DNA of 64,000 nucleotides from Octopus vulgaris (Eukaryota): contig OX597816.1 in assembly GCA_951406725.2 (NCBI GenBank), positions 5,146,001-5,210,000 of the forward strand, read 5' to 3'. The translations under genes and the position numbers were made by a program. The notes beneath the pieces are model-generated. The model saw only the letters and a list, made by a program, of their open reading frames with translations, did not search any database and was not told the DNA's origin. Below, one piece after another: positions 24,558-38,765 of this stretch; the stretch's first letter is position 1, and the number at the start of each line of letters is the position of its first letter.

Positions 24558-24941
24558 AGTGAAAGAGCAGGAGAAAAGGGACCATGGAAAAGAGCATCAA
24601 GTCAAAATAATGAACATGGAAGAAGAAGAAATTATAATACTTCACAACAATGTCTGAATCCTTCCAAATTTGTTTATCATTGGAGACTAACAACAAATCC
24701 AACCAGTTAACTAACTTTGAATATACATACAGCAAAGACCACACAGCTATTTGAAAGAAAAGATGTGCAAAAACATCTCATCTGTTTACGCTCCAAGAAA
24801 TCTGCAACTAAATGACCTCAAAGAGTTAGGTCAGGCAGTAGTCAGCCATTCACAAGAATTATGAAACCAAATAAAAAGAATAATAAAATTCAAAAAAAGT
24901 TCTTCCTTAATTGGATAGCTACATCCTGTAGCTGTTTACAA

Positions 24942-24979
<38 letters not shown>

Positions 24980-25347
24980 CCTAGAGTTACGAACAAGACA
25001 GATGCATCCTGTAGATGGCTATTAAATATATTAGAGCTTGAAGATATGAACTAGGTAGATATACTGTCTGAAAACTTGAAAAGCAAATAAGAGGAATCTG
25101 TGCACAAGAGTTGCCTACTACATTCACAAAGCTACGATAGATCACATAGATACATTATGACCTAACTATGTCAATTAGATATCAGACAGCCTGTAGATAT
25201 CAATTAGAGAAACCACATCCATCAGATATCAAACCTAATTGACACAGTTTGAAGCCATCAAATCTTTTGTTGACTTCAACTTGTCATTAGTTGAGCTAAG
25301 TAGCTAAGTATGTTATTGATTTCATAACTGAATGCATGTCTCATTCT

Positions 25348-25407
<60 letters not shown>

Positions 25408-25740
25408 CAGATCATGCATATTGTCTTTATATCATTCATCAAAGTTTGTTTTATCTGTCTGTTCTTTCATTCTATGGATTTGTGTCAGAACCCCTCACAA
25501 TTCATGATTCTATGAATAAATACATATTTGTTGAGCACCTTTAGTGATAAACATGTTTTCTGTTTACCTAATTATAAGTATACCCTGGCGAGTATATATG
25601 TGTCTTATTGCTGATTAGGTAAGTTAATTTCATGCGATACCCACTGAAGTTGTTTACCTCCTTAACGCAGCTTCATCTGGTTGAGTATAAAAGTGTTCAT
25701 TTGTTAGGATATTGTCCATCCCCGGTGGTCTTATATTTAA

Positions 25741-25956
25741 CCCTTTAGTGTTTAAACCTGCCATGTCCAGCCCAAATATTCTACATGTTTTATATTTGAT
25801 CTAGCCATATCCAGCCTCTCACACCTACATTGACATTCTAAAAATAAACAATCAAATCATTGAAACCTCAAAGCTATGAGATAATGCATTGATTCATTCA
25901 AGACAAATTGAGTGAAAGAGCATTATATTTAACAGAGTAATCTGAACATTAAAAGG
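25741..25956. mobile_element. piggyBac-type MITE, complete
   Basis: TTAA-CCCTTTAG ... TTAAAAGG-TTAA: TTAA TSD and short imperfect TIRs; three copies in the window. Confidence 0.8.
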
Positions 25957-26247
25957 TTAACCTCTGATCGCTGGTCACAGAGAGATTTTGTTTGTTCATA
26001 CTGCCAGATGGAAGATCTGGTTCCTGTAACAGAACCGTTTTGTATAGAAGAATCTGCAGTGAAGTACCATCATGTATTTTTTCCTTTTTCTCATTCAATA
26101 GAAGTTCTGTTTTGTTTATTGTTTCATTCTTTAAGCTTATGTCCCAGCTCCTTAACCCTCTCAGACCTGGCCCCTGTGTCTAATTTTACCCTCCACCTGA
26201 GCCCCCAAGCAAAAAATTAAATAGTTGCATATACAGCTCAAGAGGAA

Positions 26248-27043
26248 TGTTTTTCCAATCACTTGAAAGAGATTGGAAAAACAAAAATACTTGAGAAATG
26301 GGTGCCGCACGAATTGAACAACAACCAAAAAAATGCTGTTTTGAAGCGTTGTCTTCCCTTCTTTTATGCAACAAGAATGACCCATTTCTCAACTGGATTG
26401 TGACTTGCAATGAAAAGTAGATTCTTTACAACAACCGGCGATGCTCAGCTCAATGGTTGGATACCGAGGAAGTTCCACAGCACTTCCTGAAGTTGCACCA
26501 AAAGAAGGTCAAGGAGATTGGTGGTCTGTGGCCAGTCTCATCCATCACAGCTTTTTGGATCCAGGTGAAACCATTACGGCGGAGAAGAACTGTCAGCAAA
26601 TAGATGAAAGGCATAAGAAACTCCGACAACAACAGCCACCAGCATTGGTCAATAGAAAAGGACCAATTCTTCTCCACGACAACACTCAGCCACATATCGC
26701 ATGACTGACCCTGCAGAAGTTGAACAAATTGGGCAATGAAACTCTGCTTCATCCACCATACTCAGCAGACATCTCGTTTACCAACTACTACTTTTTCAAG
26801 CATCTCAACTTCCTGTAGGAGAAATGCTTCAAAAACCAAGACAATGCCAAACACACTTTCAACAACTTCATCGCCACCAGAACGCAGGATTTTTATGCTA
26901 CTGGCATAAATAAACTTGTTGCATGTATGTTGATTCTGATGGTGTTTATTTCAATTGATAAAGTTTTGTTAAATTAATAAAGTTGAGATATGTAAATCTG
27001 AATTTAAAGGTTAAAAACCGCAAGAACTTTCTTGACAACCTAA
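26248..27043 (+). mobile_element. Mariner transposon, 5'-truncated, transposase pseudogene
   Basis: WVPHEL, IVTCNEK*, LLHDN, HPPYSADI motifs with stops and frameshifts; right TIR ..CTTGACAACCTAA followed by TA. Confidence 0.95.
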
Positions 27044-27060
27044 TACATACATATATATAT

Positions 27061-27312
27061 CATCATCATCATCATCATCATCATCATTTAGCGTCCGTTT
27101 TCCATGCTAGCATGGGTTGGACAGTTTAACTGGGGTCTGTGAAGCCGGAAGGCTTCATCAGGCCCAGTCAGATTTGGCAGTGTTTCTACGGTTGGATGCC
27201 CTTCCTAATGCCAACCACTCCGCGAGTGTAGTGGGTGTTTTTTACGTGCCACCTGCACAGGTGCCAGACAGAGCTGGCACAACGGCCACGAACGGATGGT
27301 GCTTTTACGTGT
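27061..27312 (-). mobile_element. RTE 3' tail (family C)
   Basis: Family homology; (CAT)n end; inserted in (TA)n. Confidence 0.85.
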
Positions 27313-28009
27313 CAATATATATATATATATGTATATATTCTCATTAAGTAAGCTGTCATTGTTGTAACAACAACAGAGAGAGATTTGCCATTCTCTGCAA
27401 AAAACAAGCATTTTAATAAAGCATTAACTCTTATAAGCTCTGAGTGATTTTGTGGTTTCTCTCTCTTCTGGAAGGAGGGAACAGGTTAAAGATCAGCTTT
27501 TTTATTAACAACATTGCGTATTTCCTCACTTAAGCTTCCATTATAAAGTTCAAGGGTCTTTATTTTGTCTGCTTTTTATAAACAGCTTGTTTTTTCATTT
27601 ATGTTTTTTGTTTCCCTGCCTTCCTATTCAGTTGTATTATGATTTAGTTCCCAAGACAGTTCTACCAGAAACAACTTTTTTATTTGAGCTGCATATAATT
27701 TTTTGGCCTATTTTATATTCATTTGTTTTGAAAAGAAACATTGAACTGAATTGGATTTTCATGAATTAATAATTGAAACTTATTTAATTGAAAGGAAAAT
27801 TATTAAACGGTAAAATTAGTTGATGTTTTCTCCAGAGTCAAATTAATGAAAGCATTAAGATAACCTTTTCACCATTCTGACATATTCTGAGGACAGACAT
27901 CATCCCAAGGCACTTATTAAATGGTCATAGTATGAATGATTCCACTTGGCACATCAATCAATAGTTTTTACTACAAGCCAGGCTCTAAACATATAAGTTC
28001 TGATAACAT

Positions 28010-28312
28010 TGACTGAATATTGAGCATCAGGCTCATAATCATGAGGTAATGAGTTCAATTCCAGGACCATGCAAGACACTTTATTTCATGTTGCTCCAGT
28101 TCACTCAGCCGTAGAAGGGAGTTACAGCATCAATGGTTCCAAGCTGTATCGGCTTTGACTTTTCCCTTGGATAACATTTGTGGCATGGAGAGAAGGAGAG
28201 GCTGGTATGCATGGGCGACTGCTGGTCCTCTATTAACAACCTTGCCTGCACTTGTGTGCCTCAGAGGGCAACTTTCTAGGTGCAATCCCATGGTCATTCA
28301 TGACTGAAGGGT
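28010..28312 (+). mobile_element. SINE family F (second copy 39812-40140)
   Basis: E-type tRNA head and CAAGACACTTTATTTCA domain with a distinct 3' body shared by both copies. Confidence 0.8.
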
Positions 28313-29532
28313 AGGGATCTTGACCCTTTTTTACAGAATCAATATTATGGTTATCATTGTTTTGTCTCTGTGAGTTCTGCTTGAGTAAAACTGGACAAGG
28401 TCAATCCTGAAATTGTTTGACTGACATTCCAGCCTTGACCATTCAGTTAATAAAGATTCTAAAATAAAGAGGTCTACACTTTGAAAATAAAAGGTCTGAT
28501 GTTGGAAATTTTGCTATCATATCCCCAAAATTTAAGAATAACAGAAGTTTATAAATTGGTTTTTCAAGCTATACTGTTAGTTGTACGAGGGATCTTTGAG
28601 AAGATAACTCTTTTCTTATTGTTCCAGGATACCCAGTTAGGCAAAAGTGGAGGCATATAGCTTCTCTCTGATACGATCACAGAGAGTCGAATGCCCTAAC
28701 CACTAAGCCACGCGCCCTCACCAGCATATAGCTTAGTGTTTAGAGGGTTGGACTCATGATTTTAAGATTGTGGTTTCAATTCCTGAACTGGGTGATGCAT
28801 TGTGTTCTTGAGCAAGACTCTTCATTTCACGTTCCTCCAGTCCAGTCAGCTAGTAAAAATTATCAATCCTGCAATAGATGGGCAATCTGTCCAGGGAGGA
28901 ATGGGAAAACCAAGAAACCAGCTCTATGCTCTTTATAGAGCAATACAGAGTAAAATATTCAGCAAGCAGTGCTCCCCACCAAATATTGTCACACTGTAGG
29001 CTGTGCCCTTTCTCTGTTTAGTCAACCACAACAATAGCTTTTGTTCCTTTGAAATTAGTAAATGTGTCCCTAACTCTATCCACTTCCCTCACCGTTCCTC
29101 CTTTCAACACTTGAGTGTATCTTAACTTCTAAGAACAGATTTTAAATTCTTTACCAAATTCTTTGCCAATGACAATATATCATTAAAGATTCCTCTTTAA
29201 TTTCTTTTCCCCTTTTATCTCCTTATCTGCAGGTATTATGGAAATTAAACATTAATGACCTCATCCCATCACCTTAATCTCAAAGTCTAAAAGGACATAA
29301 AACATTAACGACAGTTGCTATTCCTTAATTATTCTTCACCATTACCAAAGCATGCTAATGAATAGATTCCAGCAGATGAAATATTGTATTTAGCGTTTAT
29401 ATCATTGGCTATTTGATCTTTATTGCAAGTAGGTGCTTCTAGGACTTGAAACAGGGAAATACTGTAATCCTTAGAAATATGAGTATGGAAAGAACCCAAC
29501 TAAAACATCCTAATAAGCTTCATTGTCAAATA

Positions 29533-29948
29533 TATTTATTTCTTTATTGCCCACAGGGGGGTGGGGTGGAGGCTAAACGTAGAAGGGATAAACAAGGACA
29601 GACAAACGGATTAAGTCGATTACATCGACCCCAGTGCGTAACTGGTACTTAATTTAATCGACCCCGAAAGGATGAATGGCAAAGTCAACCTCAGCGGAAT
29701 TTGAATTCAGAACGTAACAGCAGACGAAATACCTATTTCTTTACTAACCACAAGGGGCTAAACATAGAGGGGACAAACAAGTACAGACAAATGGATTAAG
29801 TCGATTACATCAACACAGTGCGTCATTGGTACTTAATTTATTGACCCCCGAAAGGATGAAAGGCAAAGTCGACCTCGGCGGAATTTGAACTCAGAACGTA
29901 GTGGCAGACAAAATACGGCGTGATAACGATTCTGCCAGCTCGCCACCC
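29533..29948 (-). mobile_element. SINE family A1 tandem dimer
   Basis: TSD TTGTCAAATATATTT on both sides. Confidence 0.9.
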
Positions 29949-30539
29949 TTGTCAAATATATTTTAGTCTACAAAAGCTTATTTCAACTATCTATAATACT
30001 TGAAAAATAGGGGTATCTTGCACATTTGCTCGTATCTCCATCTATAACATGATCGGACACACCAGTGCAAGTTCATTACTCAAGTTTTGTGACTTAGTAA
30101 TCACACCTAATAATGTCAAATCTTTAGTTATACTCATTAGTCAAACCGTTTTACTTTGCAGCTCTCAATAAATGAATAAGGATCCTCCTTATGGTCCCTA
30201 TTCAAAACAAATCAGTTTTCAGTCTTGAGAGTTAGATGTTATCTTGACTAATACATAATAGGTTGTTATTTGCATGCATTATGGCTGTTATTTCTAGCAG
30301 GTATAGTCACCCTCTCTTGCTGCTTTGACAAGTGTAAACTGTTACTGAATTGAATTGAATAAAGTAATTTTGCCGAATTATTTGAGTTGACAAAAGACAT
30401 TGTCTGGATCTGAGACTTGTTGACATGCATTGAATGTATTTGAGATGAAGCCTGATTCTGGTCGGCACCTTAGCGTTCAGGAAGGTAACTTAGATTCAGA
30501 GAAGAAAATGGCAAGACATCAAAACAAGACTAGTTTAAG

Positions 30540-31005
30540 ACTTTAGCATTCAGGTTACTGTATCTAATGCAAAGTCGGCAAGCTGACAGAAACATTAGCA
30601 CGCCGGGCGAAATGCGTAGCTGTATTTCTTCTGCCGCTATGTTCTGAGTTCAAATTCCGCCGACATCGACTTTGCTTTTCAACCTTTCAGGGTCGATAAA
30701 TTAAGTACCAGTTACGTACTGGGGTCGATGTAATCGATTTAATCCGTTTGTCTGTCCTTGTTTGTCCCCTTTGTGTTTAGCCCCTTGTGGGTAGTAAAGA
30801 AATAAGTATCTAATGCAATGCTTATATTTTCACATTGCTTCGAAGTAATCATGCATTTTGTTATATCTTTGAGATTTTGGTGCTGTGATTGCTTATTTTC
30901 ACAATAATATTGTAGGTTAGGTGTGAGAGCCCAGATCTGGCCAGCGTGAACATGAAAGAGGTGGAATACTTTGATCATATCTATCTGGTTTAAATGTTGA
31001 AGAGT
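30540..31005 (+). mobile_element. piggyBac-type MITE interrupted by SINE A1 (30573-30805)
   Basis: SINE flanked by TSD GTATCTAATGCAA; MITE homology resumes afterwards. Confidence 0.8.
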
Positions 31006-31649
31006 TGATGTCAGAAAAAGGAATTTTTGTCAGTGAGAAACAGTTTGTTTTTCAGTAAGGATTGGCACAAGTTGAATAAATATATCTAAATGATTTCATT
31101 TGGATGACCAGGGTGCTGAACTAGAACCATAATCGTTTATCTAATGCAGACACGAAAAAGCCAACAACAAAAGCAAACATTCAAACACAGACACAACAAA
31201 TACAATAATTGCTGAGAAGGTTATTTATAAAAGCGATATTGAATTGTGTGTAAAATCTCAAAAATAGGATAAGCCTGGATTTACTCAGTGTATGGGAAAT
31301 ACTGTTTAGGAAGATTATTTTGTGATTTAGCTAATGGCTGGAGGATTAAGAAATAAACCAAAGACCAGTTTTTGTATGACATTGTACTTCATAATCAATA
31401 GTCAACTCTAAACTTGAATTATGGTGTTATGTAGAGGAAAATTAATTAGATTTATTCCTTCTAGGTACAATGACTAAGAAGATAAGAAATGTGCCAACCC
31501 CTGCATTAATGGGTTACAAATACATAATCTGCCACCGGCGAAATCCTTCTATCTTTAGACTGGATAGTAGAGGGACAGGAAGAGGAATGTATTTGGGTCT
31601 TAACGATCAATTTATTTGGTTGATTTTATCAGCAATAAGATAATATTTT

Positions 31650-31980
31650 ATGATACCAGTGCTGGTGGCACGTTAACAGAGCCATCTGAACGTGGCCGTT
31701 GACAGCTCCGCCTCGACTGGCCTCCGTGCCGGTGACACATAAAAAGCACCAACCGATCGTGGCCGTTGCCAGTCTCGCCTGGCACCTGTCTCAGTGGGAG
31801 GTAAAAAGTACCCACTACACTCATGGAGTGGTTGGCATTAGGAAGGGCATCCAGCTGTAGAAACACTGCCAGATTAGACTGGAGCCTGGTGCAGCCTCCT
31901 GGCTTCTCAGACCCCGGTCGAACCGTCCAACCCATGCTAGCATGGAAAACGGAAGTTAAACGATGATTATGATGATGATA
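31650..31980 (+). mobile_element. RTE 3' UTR fragment (family C)
   Basis: Family homology. Confidence 0.85.
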
Positions 31981-32906
31981 TTGACCAATTAGTAATTAGG
32001 GAACAACTAATGAAATAGGAATATCAAGTGTGCCAGGATCAAGAAGGCTCCTTCTTCAGAAGATTTTTATGGCTGAGTTAGTAGGCATGAAGAATATGAT
32101 TCTTTTATTATTGTTTAACATTCCTTTTTCATGTAGACATGGGTTGGACAGTTTGACAGGATCCAAAGGCTCCAAGGATGGCACCATGCTCCACCATCGA
32201 CTTTAGCAACTGGATGCCTTTCTTAATGCCAACCACTTCACAGCGTTTAGTGGAGGCTTTTTGTGGCACCAACACTAGTGAGGTAACCATGCAGCTCACG
32301 AAACAATCCTGAAAAAGTAGCTTTATTGTAGGAGATGAAGTTATACTAAATTGAATTATGAGAGAAGAGTCCTGAGCAGAAGAGATTTCTTACTGTAGAG
32401 GAGTTACATGACTACACACATTGTAAAAGATAGAGTTGGGGTGATTAGAGTAGAGCTGGGAAGAGATAGAAATAGTGGTGCAAAGGTGTCTGGGTGGACC
32501 CTCAAAGTATGAGGTGAGTAGATATATGTGGGAACAGAAGAATAGGGAGAGTGGGCAGGTAGAAGTTGTTAAAGAATATGAGAAAGTGAGAGATAGAGAA
32601 ATGGGTGAGGGGTAATGAAAAACAAGTGATGATTGGATGGTAAGAAGGAAATGTAGGTAAGAGTAGGTGACAACTGTAGAGATTGAGTAAGGTTGAGGGA
32701 TTATGTAGTGAGTAGAGGGAAGGGGTGAAGAATAACAGGTTGGAAATGACGATAGAGCTCAGGGGAAGGTTAAGAAGGAAAGGTAATGAGTGGTTGAGTG
32801 GTTTGTGAGAATGTGAGGGAATTGAAATGAGTAATAATGTTGTGCCCTATTCATGCTGTCTTCAATGTTAAAACGAACCATGGAAACATTTAAAAAGAAT
32901 ATATTT

Positions 32907-33299
32907 TAACTAGCAATATCGCCCGATATTGCTTGGGTTTGTTTCGACCCTTTAGAATTGGAATTTTTGAAAAGTATAAATTTTTGCATTATGTAGCTTG
33001 TTATTCTCTTTAAGGGAACATTTTTCTAGTTGAAATACACTGAAAAATGGTGACACAGTAGTCAAAAAAATTGTAAAAATTAGGGATTTTCATAGAAAAA
33101 AAAGCACCTTTTTGATGTAAATAATTTTTGGTGTTAACATGGTCCGATTTGAATTTTATCTTCTACGGAAGGAAGAGCAAGCCTTCTTCTATCATACTCT
33201 CAATTTTGGTCAACTTGCGTCGCAGGGTCTCGGAGGAGATAGTGTTAGTTGAAGGCTACCAAACCTGCCACACACAGACAACTTCAGCTTTATATATAT
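32907..33299. mobile_element. Helentron-type non-autonomous element (HINE/DINE-like)
   Basis: Starts TAACTAGC..GCCCG..TTGGG subterminal hairpin after a T run; ends ACAGACAACTTCAGCTTTATATATA; architecture typical of HINEs. Confidence 0.6.
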
Positions 33300-33738
33300 T
33301 TTCCTTTATGAGGATGGTGATGATGATGATAAGTATGATGAAGGTGACAACAATGATAATGAACAGAAAATATCGACGACCCACATCTACTGCATTGTTT
33401 GAACGTTTAAATGCTGCGTTGAAGTACATTCCACTTGTAGAAGTTGATAAAAGCAATTCAGATTTAAATTCAGATTTAGGAAATAATTCAAGTTGATGAT
33501 AAAATATGTTCGTTTTTCAGTTTCTTTATGAACTTTGTGAATTTAATGGTTAATGGCAGGACATTATATATATATTTTAAAACCATAATTTTCTGTGTAT
33601 CTTTTCTCATAACTGTTAACAAGTACATGATAAAGTTATTAAAGTGAATCGAAGTCTATACTTGAATGGCGTAACACGTTATTTCTCTCTGGTGATGGGC
33701 CTCACTAAAAGAATCTCTACTATCTTTTTTTTACTTCA

Positions 33739-33770
<32 letters not shown>

Positions 33771-34052
33771 TCAAAATACGAGACAAGAACTGATAAAGAT
33801 TCGCTCTTTATGTTGTTTCTTTTGTTTTCCATTTGTGTCTTTGGTTCTTCGAAAGAATAATTCATGTTCCATGTACTCGTGCTTCAGACTTTTATGTTGT
33901 ACACGTTTCGTGACGTCCTGTGCCCACATATGTGTATATATATACGTATAGATGTATGTACATATACGTATGTATATATGCATATGTATATGTATTTTAT
34001 TTATATCATTATATGATTGAACACTATGCATCCTCCTCTAAGTAAGTTTTAT

Positions 34053-34491
<439 letters not shown>

Positions 34492-34814
34492 CATACATAC
34501 ATAAAGGTTTGTACATGTGTGTGTGTGTGTGTGTGTATCTATACATGTACAAAGGTTCATTTCTTATTGGTTATTTAGTTATTTTGCATAAGTGAGAAGA
34601 CTTGATGTAATTTTACTCTCCCTCGTTTGTTAAACAGGACCCTCCAGTTTTTAACTCAATATTTAATATACTTTCAATTACAATGCATAAACAGAACTGT
34701 TTCAACATTATTGTGTCTCATCAGAACAAAGCATTGCAAGGTGTATTAATTACATTGCATATGGTAAATAGCTGTCTGTCTGTCTGTCTGTCTGTATGTT
34801 TGTATGTATGCATG

Positions 34815-35513
34815 TATGTTGTTATTCAGTTTATTTCAAGGTTTCTTGCCAATAGAGAAAGAACCGGTTTGTAACCTAGATCTAAGGTTCCTTCACTGGA
34901 ATTTCAACATCAACAAAAGGGTAGTTTTCTTTGAATTAATGAATGTATGTATGTATGTATGTATGTATGTATGTATGTATGTATGTATGTATGCATGTAT
35001 GTATATGTATGTATATGTATGTATGTATGTCATTGTTCAGTTATATTTCAAGATTTCTTGCCAATAGAGAAAGTGCTGGTTTCTAACCTAGATCCAAGGC
35101 TCCTTCATTGGAATTTCAACATCAACAGCAGGTTATTTTTGTTTGTATGTATATATGTATGTATGTATGCAGATTTGTATGCTTTGCTCTATGTATGCAT
35201 TCTCATGCATATAGTTGCATATCTAGACATATTTAAATGATAAACTTCTGGAAAGTTTTACAGATTTTTACAGTTCCAGTGATGGATTAAATCTGTAGTC
35301 TTCCAATTAGCTTTCTTCTTTCAGGTTTTGAGAAGCCTAATTTCTCAAGATTGGTATTTAGGCTGTGTGTTACATATCCTAGGGCCCCAATAATTACAAG
35401 TATAAACTAAACTTGTAATCTGGATAGATTAACTGCAGATTTCTCTATAGTTCAGCATAGGTGTTCTCTTTTTCACTGATCTTCAGCTTTATGTTAACAT
35501 CCGCTGGGCAGCA
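34815..35513 (-). mobile_element. RLE-type non-LTR retrotransposon 3' end in (TATG)n, with duplicated 3' terminal segment
   Basis: CPADVNIKLKISEKENTYAEL..NLQL..VIIGALGYV..LEKLGF..SITGTVKICKTF; terminal segment at 35030-35140 repeated at 34815-34930. Confidence 0.75.
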
Positions 35514-35589
35514 TTATGTATGTATGTATGTATGTATGTATGAAGAGAAAACTACAAAGTGGTATTAAAGTGTGTGAGAAATTTACAAA

Positions 35590-35901
35590 TAATATGCGTC
35601 TAGGAGAAGTGTGCGTTGGGGACAGTAATACATTAATTAAGAACACAATTGCAAAATTTGAAATTGAGATGTGTAAAGAATTTTCATAGAAGACTGCTAG
35701 GAATAGCTTAGATTCTAAGGAAGGTTCTTGAACTGTAAAGGAAGAAAGAAAAGCTACTGGACCCCTTAGTCATTGGTTATGACTCATACGATTCCAACAG
35801 AAATAACCAGTGCAGAGGATCACCCTGTTGAAATGCTAATAATGATAATAGCAATAATAATAATAATAAGGATAATAATGATAATAATAATGATAAGGAT
35901 A

Positions 35902-35936
<35 letters not shown>

Positions 35937-35955
35937 GATAATAATAATAATAATC
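35590..35955 (+). mobile_element. R4/Dong-like LINE 3' end with (TAA)n tail
   Basis: Decayed GALGTV..KTA(L)LG.A.ILRKVLEL* terminus followed by a short UTR and (TAA)n. Confidence 0.6.
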
Positions 35956-36283
35956 ATATTGACATCAAAAACTAAATTGAGAAGTAACCTGGTGCTGTTT
36001 CAAGAATTGCATACAGGATTTTTTTTTTTTCCGTGGCAACATGGGAAGCTTTAGAGAAACTGATTAACAATTCAGCTTTAGTCAACAGCATCAACAACAA
36101 CAACAATAGGCACATGTTGGAGTAAAATTTTATGAAGTTAGTCAGTGCAGGAATCTGAAGAAATGTATTAGGCTGAAAGAACAGAAGCTACAGAATGAAG
36201 GAAAACTCCATACACACATACACACACACATACACACGCACACACACACACATATATATATATATATGCAGATATAGATAGAC

Positions 36284-36338
<55 letters not shown>

Positions 36339-36580
36339 TATATACATATATATATATACATATACATATATATATATATATGTATATATATATATGTATA
36401 TATATATATATACACATATATATATACATATATATTGATAGATACAGATATAAATATAGATATATATATGAATATATGTATATCTATATATGTGTGTGTG
36501 TGTATGTGTGTTTGTGCATACATGCATTTAGAATTAGGGTTGAATGAAGAATGTATTCATATGCACACGCATACATATCA

Positions 36581-36680
<100 letters not shown>

Positions 36681-36881
36681 TGTGTGAGTGTGTGTGCATA
36701 CCTACAAATACAGACAGACACCTATGTATATAAATGAACAGGTGAAATGGGGCATTATACAAAGAAAAGCAATGATCGATTCCACCCCTCCCCATCCTCC
36801 TCCTCCTCTTCCTCACTTTTCTTTCTATTTTCCCCAATCACCATCACTACCACCACTCATAGAATGAGAGCATGAGAGCAT

Positions 36882-36931
<50 letters not shown>

Positions 36932-37173
36932 TTAACAATACCTTCATTAGCAATAGCACCACCACCACCACTACTAAGCTACTCCAGTTACCGTCATTAC
37001 CTCCTCCCACTACCACAACCATCCACTACTACTACTACAGCAATCATTCTAATAGCACTTGTTGTATGAGACACAGCATACCACCACTGCTTCATTTTAT
37101 TGTTATCATGCTAATATCCATCATATATGCATATACATATATAAATGTGTGTGTATATGTTTATATCTATATG

Positions 37174-37205
<32 letters not shown>

Positions 37206-37210
<5 letters not shown>

Positions 37211-37398
37211 TAAAAACGGTAAGATAACAAAAGAAAGAAAGAGACCTCAATATTATGTAAACAGAGGAAATTTATCTGTAAATCAGATGGCCAGATCACC
37301 GAAGAGATGGTGTTGCGGATTTCCACTTCGGCATCCGAAACTCAGAGTTTTATCTTGGTTATTGAATAATTGTTACATATTTGTCACATATTAATTTA
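37206..37398 (+). mobile_element. About 190-bp (TA)n-flanked element with hammerhead-like motif (37294-37354); direct repeat at 37863-38047
   Basis: GAUCA-CCGAAGA-GAUG..CAUC-C-GAAAC-UCAGA-GUU-UUAUC; two near-identical copies. Confidence 0.7.
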
Positions 37399-37411
37399 CA
37401 TATATATATAT

Positions 37412-37826
37412 ATCTTTTACTCTATTACTTGTTTCAGTCATTTGACAGCAGCCATGCTGGTGCACCGTCTTTAGTCGAGCAAATCGACCCCGGGACTTAT
37501 TCTTTGTAAGCCCAGTACTTTTTCTATCGGTCTCTTTTGCCGAACCGCTAGGTGACGGGGACGTAAACACACCAGCATCAGTCGTCAAGCAATGCTAGGG
37601 GGACAAACACAGACACACAAACATATACACACACATATATATATATATATATACATATATACGACGGGCTTCTTTCAGTTTCCGTCTACCAAATCCACTC
37701 ACAAGGCATTGGTCGGCCCGGGGCTATAGCAGAAGACACTTGCCCAAGATGCCATGCAGTGGGACTGAACCCGGAACCATGTGGTTGGTTAGCAAGCTAC
37801 TTACCACACAGCCCCTCCTGCGCCTG
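37412..37826 (-). mobile_element. SINE family B, full length, CpG-rich
   Basis: Family homology. Confidence 0.9.
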
Positions 37827-38042
37827 TTTATATCTATATGTATAAGATATATATATATATATATTGGTAAAAACGGTAAGATAACAAAAGAAAAAAAGAG
37901 ACCTCAATATTATGTAAACAGAGGAAATTTATCTGTAAATCAGATGGCCAGATAACCAAACAGATGGTGTTGTGGATTTCCACCTCGGCATCCGAAACTC
38001 AGAGTTTTATCTTGGTTATTGAATAATTGTCACATATTATTT

Positions 38043-38074
<32 letters not shown>

Positions 38075-38394
38075 TGTATATATGAGTGTGTATTTGTATG
38101 CATGTGTGTTATTATTTGGTTTGAGATTATTGCAACTATATGTATGTATGGATAGGTAGATAGATAGATATGCATACACACATGCATGCATTCATATACA
38201 CATTCACACACGCCCACGCACATATACAACACACACAAAATAGTCTCATTTTATCTTCTCTCAACTAAATCCACTCACATGTTTCTTGGTCAGCCTGGGG
38301 CCATAGTAGAAGGCACTTGCCCAAGAGGCCAGAAATGACTGGGGGTTAGGGAATGAACTCCTTAACCATACACCCATGCATATACATATACGTA

Positions 38395-38765
38395 GCACCA
38401 TTCAAGGGTGATCGTTGCCAGGGCTGCTGACTGTTTCCTGTGCCAGTGGCACGTACAAAAAGTACCATTCAAGCGTGGTCGTTGCCTGTGCCACTGGACT
38501 GGCTCCTGCGCAGGTGGCACATAAAAAGCACCATTTGAGCATGGCCAATGCCAATACCACCTGACTGGCCCTCATGGCAGTGGCATGTAAAAGCACCCAC
38601 TACACTCTTGGAGTGGTTGGCATTAGGAATGGTATCCACCAGTAGAAACTTTGCCAGATCAAATTGGAGACTGGTGCAGCCTTCTGGCTCGACAGCCCTC
38701 AGTCGAACCGTCCAACCCATGCCAGCATGGAAAGCGGACATTAGACGATGATGATGGTGATGATG
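38395..38765 (+). mobile_element. RTE 3' UTR fragment (family C)
   Basis: Three internal units plus tail. Confidence 0.85.

Noticed and set aside
32300-32830. Purine-rich strand-asymmetric block
   Set aside because: No ORF, periodicity or second copy to interpret it; probably a decayed repeat
33880-33930. GAAACGUGUA half-hammerhead on the minus strand
   Set aside because: No upstream CUGANGA-like core or stem I partner
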